Shown one piece after another: positions 38,766 through 51,009 of a stretch of DNA of 64,000 bases (within the stretch, counting starts at the first letter, position 1; each line of letters opens with the position of its first letter). Both the position numbers and the translations under genes were made by a program. The notes under the pieces are model-generated. The model did not search any database. It had not been told where the DNA came from and worked only from the letters and a program-made list of their open reading frames with translations. The stretch is from Tubiluchus corallicola (lineage: Eukaryota; Animalia; Priapulida). The stretch is taken from positions 434,001-498,000 of the forward strand of contig JAQGDQ010000005.1 of the NCBI GenBank assembly GCA_030141605.1, written 5' to 3'.

Positions 38766-40806
38766 GGGGTGTGGTGTGTGCTTAGGCTGTCAGAAATGTG
38801 AAAGCTAAAGCATAGTGTTGGGAGTTGCACTAGTTTTGTAAAAGTTGGGGTGGGAAGTGTATAGGATGAAAGGTTATGTGGCAGAAAGCAGCTTAAGAAA
38901 ATTCCACAATCTTGCATATTTAACTGATACCTATCAGGCACCATATATATATACACCTATTAGTTTTAGCCACTATTGTGTCACGGATTCCTGTGATTGA
39001 GTTCTAGTCTGTTATTATACCTTTCTTTTACAGCATTGCAAACTAGTTTATTCCGGTTCTACAACCTTTGCAAAATTACCTAGAGTCATTCAATTAAGTT
39101 AACCTTGAATTATTTATACGGGCTTCATTCCAAAGCTATAAATTCCTTCGTCACCCTTGTACAGGTGACCATATAACGCTTGCTTTTCCTTCAAGCAAAC
39201 GTCATATGATCCGCCTAATTCGTTAGGTTATTTTTTTCCCTTTCTTCAATAGTTTTTTTATGGTTATGTGCTGATGTGTCTCTGTAATTAGGTTTACTGC
39301 TGTGATAGAAAGTAACTATGTAATTGCGACAAATCTTGTGAGTTGAATAAATTATATTTGGGTGGCCACTCCTTTAATCCAATGGTTATGCGGTTTTTTG
39401 TTAAGAGTCAAAATTTGGTCTAAATTATATGTTTCAGTAGCAGCAAACCATTCTAATTATCAACTCGTAGACTTAAGCGTTATGCACCTTTCTCTATAAA
39501 AAATATACTAGACTATATACACTCCCACGTATTTGTTTAATTAAGAACCAGGCCGATGTCTCTCCCACAAACGTCCGAAAAAATGAGCATTTTTCACATA
39601 TGTAAGCGACTACGATGACAAAATTTACTGCCGTTATACAAGGTTAGAATGGTAATAAAATTCTCTCTCTTTTCGTGTCTAACCATCTGAATTTTGTTTT
39701 ATTGGTCAGGTACTTCCACTGAGAAAAAATAACGAGAAACTCAAATCCTAGTTGGCAGGTTTAAGTAACGATGCTTTCACAATAATTTAAAACCTATGTA
39801 AGGTTATAGTTTAGACTGTAGGCATTGTCTAGATATTGAGTCTTCAAGTTGGTGGTTAAGCAATGTCTAGATATTGAGTTTTCAAGTTGGTGGTTAAAAA
39901 AGGGAAGCCATGCAACCTGTTAATCAGTGTGACGGTCATTTATCGTTATTTACTAAATATCTATGGTGCGCATTAGACTGTGCACTGACTGAAGTAGTAC
40001 CGCTAAATCACGTTATATAAAGGAGGGCACTTTAAAACTTGAGGTTACAGCACACTTGGCACTTCTATAATTCTGGACAAGACGTAAAAAACATGACATT
40101 ACTATCAGTCTGGAGTGAACAATGGGGTAGTGTATACACTACTCAGGTGATTATGCAACGATATCTGGTCATTGGTCAATGTTTGATCATGTGTACAGTA
40201 CTGATAGATGGTCTGCACTGTGCACTGCACATTATTCAGTTTTTAATTCAATTAAATTTATTGCTCAAATACTGTACATAATTATGATGTACATTGGCAA
40301 AATACAATGCAGTCCATACATGGCAAATAGTGCATACATATAATGTTAATTCATAAAAGCTTTGTGCAAAAGATTATTTTCAGTGTTAGTAATAATAATA
40401 ATAATTAACATTTTTGGTATAATTTGTATTAGCATAGATAAGTTAGTTGACTAATTAAATAGAAGTACAGTGATACAAAATGACAGTTAAATGTTGTATT
40501 TTTCAGCAATGAAAGAAAAGGAAAAAATGACTTGAGTAGTATTTGTTTCAGCTATTTGAATAAAAGTTCGTAAAGAATAAAATAATAATAAATGAGTTGT
40601 AAGAGAATTATGATCAAAGTTTGCTGCCGTAATGCTGATTTCTTCCTCCGTGAAGATCGGTGAATCGGAATTTTATTGATAATTGCCATTAGTTGGCATC
40701 GAGGTGTCCGGAGACCTCAAATACTATTTGTCGACAATATTAGCCTGGTAACATATAGTGCTTTCTGCGTGGTTATTTTTTCATTTTCGTAAGTATAGAA
40801 CATGAT

Positions 40807-42199
40807 TATTGTTTGGTTCGTTACTTTTGAAAAGTAATTTGGTATGATTACGTGACTTACATTCGGAAATGTTGTAATCAAATTACGTCATTACTGATAC
40901 TTATAGTATAGGTAATCCCTTACTGATTACTTTTGTGTGCTATTTTGAGTGGTGATTCAGCAGTGTTTAGTGAAATCAGCGGAATGCTTCTGTAATATCC
41001 CTAAATCTGTCCTGAAGCAAAGAATAAATGAAATTGTGTTTGCAAACCTACAAATTCAGATTGTGAACAGAATAAATGATACAGTTAGGTGGCCAGACAG
41101 GAAAATGGAATCAAACTAAATCATGCATACTGCCATTACTGGGAATTTTACAAGAAGGTTAAAAAAATGAAAGAGTATATGTTATCAGTAAGAAATGCTG
41201 ACATTGCCCGCTTAAGTTACAATTACAACAGGGCACGTCTGCATGTGCGTACTTTGTGATACACATTGTTTTACGCACCATTTGTGAATAATACCTATTT
41301 GCCCGTTGTTTAAAACTTGTTCTCGTTACATGCAGGGAAGTACAATCACGGGGCCGGAAAATACGCTCGTAATAAGCAAGAGTCTCATAATATCGGGCCT
41401 CACTGTTAGCAGGGTTTATATACATTATTTAAGCCTAAGATTTGATAGGCCTTTGAAATTTGCTCGAAATATACCAGAGGCTTGTTTTAAATCAGTTTTA
41501 TAAGTAAATGAACTATTGCAGTTAATATTGTGATCAAAGACACTGTAAAGAAGTCCCAACAAAGTAAATTATCTATACAGTGTGATTTACAAGTAAAGCA
41601 AATTTGTGTAACTGATCTCGCAAACAGATACTTTTTATTGATTTCTGTAAGCTCGCCAGTTTTTGTGAAGAGGGTCAATCGTATTCACAGTATCCACCAT
41701 GCAACTATAGTATCCCAATCCCAGGTATAGTGAAACAAACTAATGAAACTTATAATGGCGAACAAAACAATGTTTCACTCTTATTCATTGCAAACAAACA
41801 CAATGGCATTCATGCCGTTCAGCCATATATCTTCCTGGGCTTGGCTTTACTGTCCTACATTGTCTTACAGTATGTGCACATGACCAAGCATATACATAAC
41901 ATTGAGTGTATACAACAATCAGCTACAGGTATGGAAGTTTTTATCACGTAGTCGGATGTCATATAAGGTCATTATTGGAGCAAAGTAATAAACTTGCGTG
42001 TGCATGCAGATGTTGTGTGGCAGAAATAAACAAAAGGCTACACGTTCAAAACAGCCCAAATTTCAAATGTTATTCTTGGATAGATAACTAACGCAGTAGC
42101 ATTGCTGCAAAAGTAACAAGTAATCCAATTAGTTGCACTTCATTACTCGCTGTTATAAAGAGTAATTTGATTACAGTAACTTGTTACTATCCATCATTG
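40807..42199. mobile_element. Old hAT-type element with GTAATC/GATTAC subterminal repeats
   Basis: Clusters of GTAAT/ATTAC/GTTAC at both ends, degenerate CAGTGTTGG-like TIRs, candidate TSD AACATGAT / AATATGAC (6/8). Confidence 0.5.
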
Positions 42200-44066
42200 A
42201 ATATGACTTAAATTTGTTTTACATTTTCATCGGAAGAAACTTGTAAACCGAGTTTCTTAAATACTGGTCTTATATTTACCTTCGAATAAACTAAGTAGGT
42301 TCATTTATCCCCATTTGTGAGTGTCATATACGTTAATACTGACCTTGGCTAGAAGCAATCCATTTCAGTTAAATTAAAGGCTGGACCAATGTTTATAACA
42401 ACCTTGGTCCTGCATTGCTTGCATATTTCTTCATAGCAAGTTTTGCCAATGTTAAAATCAACATTGGCCCATTGAAGGTAGTCCTGGGCGAACTTTAGTG
42501 CAAAGCTTTGGTCCTGTGCTGTCTTAATTCAAGTATATGCTAGACCAGCGGCATACCCGATGTCGGCCTGTTGCAGGCTGTATATCGTGCCTAAAATTTG
42601 CAAGAGACAAAGTTTTTAAAATAAACCATTTTCACCTCAATTTTTATTTTCAGTCACTGCTCAAGTGTACTTTTATTTCAATCACCTGTCAAGTCAAAAT
42701 TCAAGCATTCTTGGCAACATTTCTAGTGTGTTTTTCATATGGGAAAATTGTTACAAATTCATCTTTTGTCATAGGGCTTGACCCTTGGTGTCATTGGTGC
42801 TTGACTCATGGAGATTTAAAGTGAAAAACTTTTTTGGCAGAAACTTGGCGAGTTTCATTTCAATACTTATGAAACACATAAAAATAACTTATTTGCCATT
42901 TCAGAAAGCACTTTTGTTATAAACATTGAACATGTGTTAGTCTTAAGCTAGGTGGCAAATCATTATTAACTCCACATAAAAAAAGTTTCGTAATTTGTAT
43001 TTGCTTGCTGAACTCCTAAAGGTTACAAAATGCATGTACTTCGTGCATGCTTACAATATTTTGCTGTCATAATTTTGCCATGACTTATTACCACAAGCAG
43101 AAAGGCATGAGTTCACACTTATTTTGAGTTGCAGTGCTAGATCACAGCTTTGCAGAGATTGGGGTATTTTAGGAAAAGAAGAGGCAATACAGTTGCAAAT
43201 TATGATAAAAATGTGTGGAGCTTGGCAACCATACTTAATATTCAAAGGTGGTTAGACATAGGTGTTGTTAATACCTGTTGCCCTCTTGTAGGTCTTAAGA
43301 TGACTTTTTCTTAAGTTTTGCACTCTATCTTCTAAGGTTTTAAACAGAAAATGCATGGCTGAAGCTGATGTAGATGAACAAAGATGCCAGATTTTAGTGT
43401 GGCACCACATTAAATTATTTCAAGTATTATTGTACAGCCACTGGGAGCCACATCTAAATGGCAAGGATTAAATGAATACCAGTAGGGCAACACTGGTATG
43501 CAGTGATTAAGTCCACTAAGTCAGATGATAAAATTGTTTGCATATTCATATGGAATTCAGTTCTTTTAATAATGCTGGTCTGGGTTTGTATACTATAATC
43601 CCATCCAATTACTTATAAAAAAAATACACAATTGTACGAAAATTTGGCATTTTGTATGAAGCAAAAACCCAATGCAGTTTACTGAACTTAGTATCTTTAA
43701 ATTATATTCAAGTCAAGTATTAATTTCGTTTATCAGTTTATTTAATTTCACATTCTATTAGTTTTAATCGGCTGTATGTCATTGTGCATGTTGTTGTATA
43801 TAAGGTAGTTTCTAAATATCTTATTTATTAACACTGCTGCTAAATATAAACAAGAACAATATCACGTGGTTATACCAACAAAAATTCATTTTGCTCATGA
43901 GTTCCTGTTAATATGGACTAGCTATGAATAGCTAATATATATGAACCAGAACATGCTTGCGCTTATAACGAGAAATGTCTGTGTTTTCCAGACTCGAAAG
44001 TGTGACTTGGAATAGAACGTTTGACTCTTGTTTTGGCAGTATCAGTTAATTTGCTGATATTCTATT

Positions 44067-44618
44067 ATGGCTGTGCTGCTACTACAGTGTCAACGGTTAA
44101 GTCTGAACCATTTAAACTACAGATTTTCACAACGTCGGGCTATAGCTTCTATGCTGAAAAACTCTAATTTGTACTATGGAACTGAAACTACTGTTGGTTC
44201 TAGCCCATTGTATGGATTTGCTGTGAAAAGTTATTGTTCACAGAAAAGTGAGCCAGTGAAATACTCAACTAGCCGTGCCAGCACTTGGCATGTACGCCAA
44301 ACATTCAACCCTCAAGGAAGCATATCTCAACGGAGTAAAAGTTATGAACTGTTTCGTTTATTAGTTATCCTCGGAAGTATTTCAGTGTTTCTTTTATATT
44401 TTCTTGTTCTTCGAGAAGAAAGTGACATTGATCGTAAATTTGAGAAACCCTTGACTGACCACATCAAAGGATTAGAAGAACAGCAATTAAAAGTAGCCTT
44501 AGAGTACAACAAACAACATGGTCTAAATACTGAAGCCATTGAGAACAGGTTGGCTGAAATAAAGTGTGAGAATGAAATTAAGGAAAAGTTGAAAAAACAG
44601 AAAGAACATTTTCAATAA
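44067..44618 (+). CDS. UQCC4: CCSMST1-family protein / ubiquinol-cytochrome c reductase complex assembly factor 4 (C16orf91)-like, 183 aa
   Basis: Basic, presequence-like N-terminus; PVKYSTSRASTW-V motif; one TM helix (LLVILGSISVFLLYFLVL) followed by REESDID...GLEEQQL. Acceptor ttttccAG at about 43991 precedes the ATG. Confidence 0.8.
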   Translation: MAVLLLQCQRLSLNHLNYRFSQRRAIASMLKNSNLYYGTETTVGSSPLYGFAVKSYCSQKSEPVKYSTSRASTWHVRQTFNPQGSISQRSKSYELFRLLVILGSISVFLLYFLVLREESDIDRKFEKPLTDHIKGLEEQQLKVALEYNKQHGLNTEAIENRLAEIKCENEIKEKLKKQKEHFQ

Positions 44619-46779
44619 CAGCATTACATTAAAGGATCACAGAAATCAGTAAGTTTTAAAATGTATGTTTTAAAAGTGAATACAGTCTCGCCATTCAGAA
44701 CTTGTTGAACTAGTTGAAAGCTGATCTTGTATTTTCGTTTTTCTTCTATTAAATGGTATTAATTAACTGCTGCAGCTTTTGATTTTGCACAACTTTTTTT
44801 ACTTTTCAAAGAACTTAATGAAATTTTAGGTTACTTACAAAAACTAAACTTCAAATATTAAAAACGCAAATTAAACACGTCCGCCTTTTACTGCATTGTA
44901 GCAATTGAAAATTTACTTTAACTTGTTTTTTGTTGAATATTATGCAGTTAATTACTTGATGAAAATACAAAAAAAAAACACGAATAATAATTGATAAAAG
45001 ATTGTTGATTGTGTTTTTGTAAATTAATTGACAGTGAAGGATGAGGTGCTGGTGTAATGTTTCCTATTTAGCTCTATGTTTATATAATAGTTTGTTGTGA
45101 AAGATGTGATGTAGCATAAATATCCTGTTTATCACCAAAGCATGAGTCGTCATGAAAAACGAAATTGTGCTAGAGTACGTAACTTCTGAGTACATAATTT
45201 TATACTGACATTTTTTCAATGTGTTGCTTCAGACAGTTTTAATGAACTGAGCCTGATACTTAGTTGATCAGCTGATCTATGATTTTCATAGATGAAAGTG
45301 ATTTTTATAGGAAACACCAAAAAATATAGAAAGCATTGGAATTAATGTATTTTCGTACTTGAAAGTTGTCATTCCCTTGCTGTGCTAGAATTTGGTTTGT
45401 GGGCTTTAGACAATTATTAAACAGTTGATTAAAAGTATTTAAAAAAAGCCCAAATTTAAAATAAATATATATTGTCATTTATAAAACTAATGAAATGTAT
45501 AACTGTATAAGTACTTTGTCACGATTGCATTTACAAAGATTCACAAATAATTGCTGTCATGTCTTTTGGCAGCAGTTGCTAATCTCTGTCTTGAAGTAAT
45601 CCTTTAAAGTTTAAACAATAATTAGTAATGGTGAAAACAATCACATTTCACCTTGCTTGCTCAGTGGTAACTTGGCACAGAATATATGCACTATCCAGTC
45701 ACGTGTTTTTTGTGATTGTGACAATAGTGACAGTAACCTTATTAAGCCTGTTGAAATGTGAATAAATTGAATCAAATAGACATCTTAAAATGGGTGGCGT
45801 GACACAATGTAACAGTCTACTTTCATAATGCCCTAGGCTTTCCTGTGATGCAGACTTATCTTTGTTAATTTTCAGAAAAGTAAATTTTATTCTTTCTTAT
45901 GTAATGTTATGCCTTACCGAAAGTTATGGAAGGCAGACAAGGGTTTTGTCTTTTCATTAACTGCTTTCTTTTCCTACTTCCTAGGACTATTGTTAAGTTA
46001 GTAATTTATTGAACACTAATCGAGGGCATTTAGAATGGACAAAGGCATTTGAAAAAACAATGGAAACAATCAAAATAGATTGAATACACATCAAAATATA
46101 AGTCAGCTCCTGTTGCCTTTGCCGTTGGAAAAACTACTGCTTTTGCCACAAGAAAATCTTGGATAGATTATAATGGGTGGACACAAAAAAGTAAGCTGTA
46201 AGAATCATTCAAAATTTATTTCTCTTTGCATTAGAAAAAATTTTAACCATTAAAATAGGTGCATGTACAATGAATAGTACCAAGTTTTAAATAAAAAATG
46301 CAAAATTTGGATACTTCAATTTTGTTTAATTAAAAAAATCAAATTTGCTGAGATTTAAAAAAACAAAGAAATATAATTTATCTAAAATACCTAAATTCTT
46401 GCGACAAAAAAGTGTAAAAAATGAAAGCTCTGTGAGGAGATGCCGAATAATGAAAAAGTGGAACGACACCCCTGCCTCTGAACCCTTGACTAGAGATCAG
46501 AGATTGCCACACTGCCACCCTTCTCACTCCCGGGCTACCTACCTCGTGAGTTTCGTCACCCCAGCTTGTAATGGTAATGCATTATTAATAAAATGTTAGC
46601 AGAAAATAAATAATGAAGAAAGAAATAACTATGAGAATATAACTAAGAAGATTTTGCTATAGGTTAAATAATAGCTTATGCAGAGGGGCTAACAGAAATT
46701 TTACTGACAATAATATTTTGTACATTACTAAGTTTTTGCTATATTCTTGAAACTGATGCAGTTACTCCTTTCTGTCTTT

Positions 46780-47320
46780 AATATTTATTTCACTTACTAA
46801 CTCGTAAACCCTGCAAGCTAGGGTCATGAAACTCATATCTGGGGTATATGGGGTCATGTCAATAACTCCATAAGCACGTGAGATAGAATCTTGAAATTTG
46901 CAGGATAGACACTTGAGATATGTGATCAGAGAGTGACATAGGAAGGGTGACCTCTGAGTCAAATGTCATAGTGACAAGAGCCAATGACTTTTTGTCACTC
47001 AGCTGCTCTTTTACAGTATTGGACTAGAAGTCTATATTTTTGCATATGTGAGTAGCCAACTAAGGGTAGATGTACACTAAGTATTTTTCAGAAAGTGGGC
47101 ATGACCAGATCACGTAACATGGGCAAAAGAGTTAAAAGAGGGTCAAGGACAGTAGATATATATATATCTGTTTTTCGCTAGGCTGTATATTCTTCTACAG
47201 TTTTTGAGTTAAAGCCACAATTTTTGGTATGTGACTATGGGCCAAGTTTCTTATGCATGGCTGAATATTGGCAATTTAAAGAGTGAAACGGAAAATGGAT
47301 GGATCGGCACTACTGTTTAC
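46780..47320 (+). mobile_element. Copy of a dispersed repeat family (Helentron/HINE-like), related to the copies at 59.3-59.9 kb and 61.3-62.7 kb
   Basis: 46990-47135 aligns by eye with 59670-59815 (TTTGTCA-TCAGCTGCTCTT...GTAGATGT-CA-TAAGTATTTTTC-GAAAG) and shares GAAATTTGCAGG-TAG with 61.7 kb. Confidence 0.55.
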
Positions 47321-47592
47321 CTAATCTTTATGAATAATGGTTCTTAGAGCTTCAAATGAAAGATCTCGTTGAAAAAAATTGAATGGTATGAGTTATACCA
47401 AGATTGGTTGATCCTGGAGTCACTAGGTGTAAAATAGGTCGAGGTGACAAATGCCTTCCAGTATCGACTGAAACTAACTTGTAGTATATTAATTAAAAGG
47501 CCCCAGTGAGATGAATTAATTGGTGTAAGTTGGCAGGTGATTGGTTGGTCAGGTGCTGAGATGTTAAAAGTTGCGATTTTTTGTGGTGCAGT

Positions 47593-49123
47593 TAGGGGCT
47601 TATTAACCATAGGCTAACTAGGCTATAGCCTAGGGCGCCAAAGTTTGAGAGCATCACATTTTAGAAAAAATTCTTATTTTCCTCGGATCCTCGGAAAATG
47701 TGTATACTTTCATATTCATGTAACTTTATAACACGCCACAGGCAGTCACTGAGTGCAGCTTTTATATAAGTGCCACATAACGAATAGGTGCAAGGTAATA
47801 CACAACAAACGGTTGCGTAGCCTGCTTGAATATAAGCGCTATGCAAATACGTGTAATTAATAATAACCAGGTAGGAACTAGGTTAAGAGTGTTTCTAATA
47901 CACCACAAGTAACTGCTTAATCTGCTCATTACATGAACAACCATAAATTCACAAAAGAGATGGGCGGTACAGAATTGACGTTTAACATAATGTCAATCAT
48001 TTTCGTTGACTGCCCAATCAGCGTGCAAGTTTTGTCGCACCCACCCCTGCAGAGCTTAACTAACACAGGTACGTTCGGGACATTTAGCTACAACTGTTAC
48101 TGTTATGAAAAATGCTCAACTTTTCATCAGTTAGCAGAAGAATTATTGGTCTGGCTCTAGATTTTTTATTGTCAATTGAAATTGCAAGTGAATTAGTGGA
48201 AATATATAGTCTAGTTTCGTTATAGGAAAAAATGCACAACGCTTACATCTATGAGTTGCTGATTAAATCATTTCGCGATCAAGAAAATACGCAGTGTAGT
48301 TTAGTTTATCGCTTTGCAAGTTAGACAAAAACAACTATTTCATTAACTTTAAATAGGGACAAAACACAATGTTTTCTTTTCTGGCCAGTTTTTATAAACC
48401 TGAATGAGCTTTTCACAGTCAAAATTAATTCAAATGTTTTCAAAACCTATATTATACATCAATGTAATATTAGTTAATTTTACGCTATTTTTCTGGTTAT
48501 AATCATGGTTAAAAGATGCCATTGGGACTTATGTAACTCGGGTATTCACTATAAAGGTCGTCTACGGAATGGAACAATCAAATTTATTCCATTTCCGTAG
48601 CCTAAGAAACGGAAAAATACGAAAACTAAATGAAATTAAATCTTGCACACGAGCACATAATCAGTTAATATAGCAAAATACATCGCAGGCATGATGTTCG
48701 TATGTTTAAAGGCAAGAGAGACAATATTTTCCTTGCTCATCTATTGTAAGGCAAGGCAAAATGCTTAGTTTCTTTATTATACTTATGTTTCTTATTTTGC
48801 AGTGCTTTGAAATTTCGTCTCTACATTCTGTTTAAATTAAAGTCTTTTTTTTGGCTACTTGAAGTGTTAATTTCGTGTAAAAATAGCTGCTGGGCTACAA
48901 ATTTGTGTTTATGAAAAAGTCTAATCAGTTTATCTACTGATCAGACATTAGTTGTGACTGTCGTGTTGTTTAGTTTAGTTTAGTTTAGCTTAAACAGTTA
49001 TTGTCTTGCGTCAGCTGTTGTTCCGAATGCTGCTGAGCGTGTTACGTTACGGAGCGATAGACCAATCTGTTTGACGTCAGTTATCACTTATCAGCCTAGG
49101 GCGTAAAGTCTAGATACGCCCCG
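47593..49123. mobile_element. Non-autonomous hAT-type element
   Basis: Ends TAGGGGCTTAT / ATACGCCCCG, subterminal AGCCTAGGGCG at both ends, TSD GGTGCAGT / AGTGCAGT (7/8). Confidence 0.65.
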
Positions 49124-49329
49124 AGTGCAGTCCAAGATCACGTATTGTCAAGCAATGCGAATTCAATAAAATCAAAATTATAACTTTCAAACAGGAGGCT
49201 GACGCATTCTCAAGTTTAATTCTGTAACTATTGTTTGCAGAGTCTTCACTTTCTGACCACGTCAGAAACATTGTCAGGTAGTTAGTTGAATAACAGTAAA
49301 TTATGTGCAAGCTGGCTACAATGCTTGAA

Positions 49330-50025
49330 TTTTTTTTATTTATTTAACATTTTACTTAATACAAAACATACTTTACAAATTACAAAAACCAAGACATTTA
49401 CAATAACGTAAACAAATATTAGCATTAACTGACTGTCAATGAATGAATGAATGCAATTAGTTGCAATCAGTAAATATGCATTGACTACGCTCTAGCAATT
49501 TTGGATGTTCAGTAAATCACTAGAATATATGTTTCAAAGGTTACCAACTAGCTTCAACTTTTTCTAGCATCCTAAGGTTGTCACCTGCATATTTCTCCAC
49601 CTTATACATATATTTAATACAGCTCACTGCATTATTAAAATTTAGTGTTGTCACCTGCATATTTCTCCACCTTATACATATATTTAATACAGCTCACTGC
49701 ATTATTAAAATTTAGTGTTTGTAATTTTCTTCGAGTACACCAAATACAATATTTTACTATTAAAACGGTCTTATTTAAACATGGAAATTTTTTATACGGA
49801 AACTATCCAAAAATTACAATAGATTTATCAATTTCCAGTGCATTACTTGTACTTTGCACCCACCATTGTTTGAAATGTTCCCTTATGAGTTTTACTTTAT
49901 TACAAGCCCACTGTATATGTAATATGGTTTCTGTTTCCGAATTGCAAAAATTACAAGTGTCAGAATCAACTTTATTGATTTTGAATAGAAATTTTTTGTG
50001 GTAGTATTCTGTGCAGAACACTAAA
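49330..50025 (-). mobile_element. 5'-truncated L1/Tx1-clade LINE
   Basis: Minus-strand ORF with a zf-RVT knuckle (LFKINKVDSDTCNFCNSETETILHIQWAC), then a T/G-rich 3' UTR, AATAAA and an A-tail at 49330-49345. Confidence 0.8.
49577..49716 (+). repeat. Perfect tandem duplication, 2 x 70 bp, inside the LINE remnant
   Basis: GTTGTCACCTGCATATTTCTCC...AAAATTTAGT occurs twice. Confidence 0.9.
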
Positions 50026-50660
50026 CTGATAACTGCACATTTTAGTGAAATTGTTTTTCGTGTACTTAATGCACTTTTAACAGCCTAATGAAAAATTCTG
50101 TATGAACAGCGTGTTTGCTGATCATCTGAAGGCTACGCGCACTGCACGGACTCGGGTAATTTCCCAGTATTATTATGTTACTAAGAAACGTAATATTATG
50201 TTACTATTATTATCTGTTACTAAGAAACGAAACCAAAACTACTTTTTACCTGTGTGAACGTGTCGCTCAGCATTCCATTTCCACTGCGTGGTAACAAGTG
50301 TTTTGGCTTGATGTGGTGACTTGTAAAAATTGCAAGTCTGCGACGTATAAAATCTAGAGAAAAAACTCAAGATATACTTCCTAAGCCTTAAAGGTATGTT
50401 TTCGACTTCTTGTCAAAAATCATAAATTTGATGTTTTTCAGGTTGATTTCATTTTGCAGCGGTGTTGTAACTTAGAAGCCAACATAATGTGCTCACAGTG
50501 ATATGACTCATTGACTGCTTGTACTTTACCATGCTTTGAGCATTCAGCTGTGTACCATGTAGCGAAAAGTTATTGTTTTGCCTATGAACAAGAGACGCGT
50601 TACAGAAAGTGAAACTTTTTGAGCAGCTAAATTTAACTCTTATACGTTTCTGAGAAAATT

Positions 50661-51009
50661 ATGCAGACCGGAAACTTTGGTGACAATGTTATGTCGCCTC
50701 TCTACATTTTGGGCTCACATTTTGCTCAAATACTGCAGCATTATCCAAATGGTTTGACGCCAGACTTGCTACGTGCAGAGTACAGAATAGTATTTAAGAG
50801 AGACGTAGATCCAACACAATATGATTTTGATGATTTGCATGAACTATTGGAGTGCTATTCGTGGATGTTGGATCTAGTTCATGGAAAGCAATCGGATGAA
50901 TCCCATTCACCTGCTACTGTTAAATTGAAAACCGACGTTGCGTTAGAGTTGTATGGAGAAAACCTTGATGCTTTTGGTGCTGTATCCAATCCCGAACATC
51001 CTGTCAAAG
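50661..51009 (+). CDS. NOV-like gene exon 1, LOTUS-like domain 1
   Basis: ILQHYPNGLTPDLLRAEYRIVFKRDVDPTQYDFDDLHELL fits the LOTUS/OST-HTH pattern; AAAG|GTGATT donor. The start could be ATG 50661 or 50691. Confidence 0.75.

Noticed and set aside
38540-38956. 138-aa Cys/Pro/Thr-rich ORF
   Set aside because: It translates a degenerate 20-bp minisatellite and has no splice or domain support.
38979-39420. Solo LTR beginning TGTCAC
   Set aside because: No identifiable CA end with a TSD, PBS or PPT.
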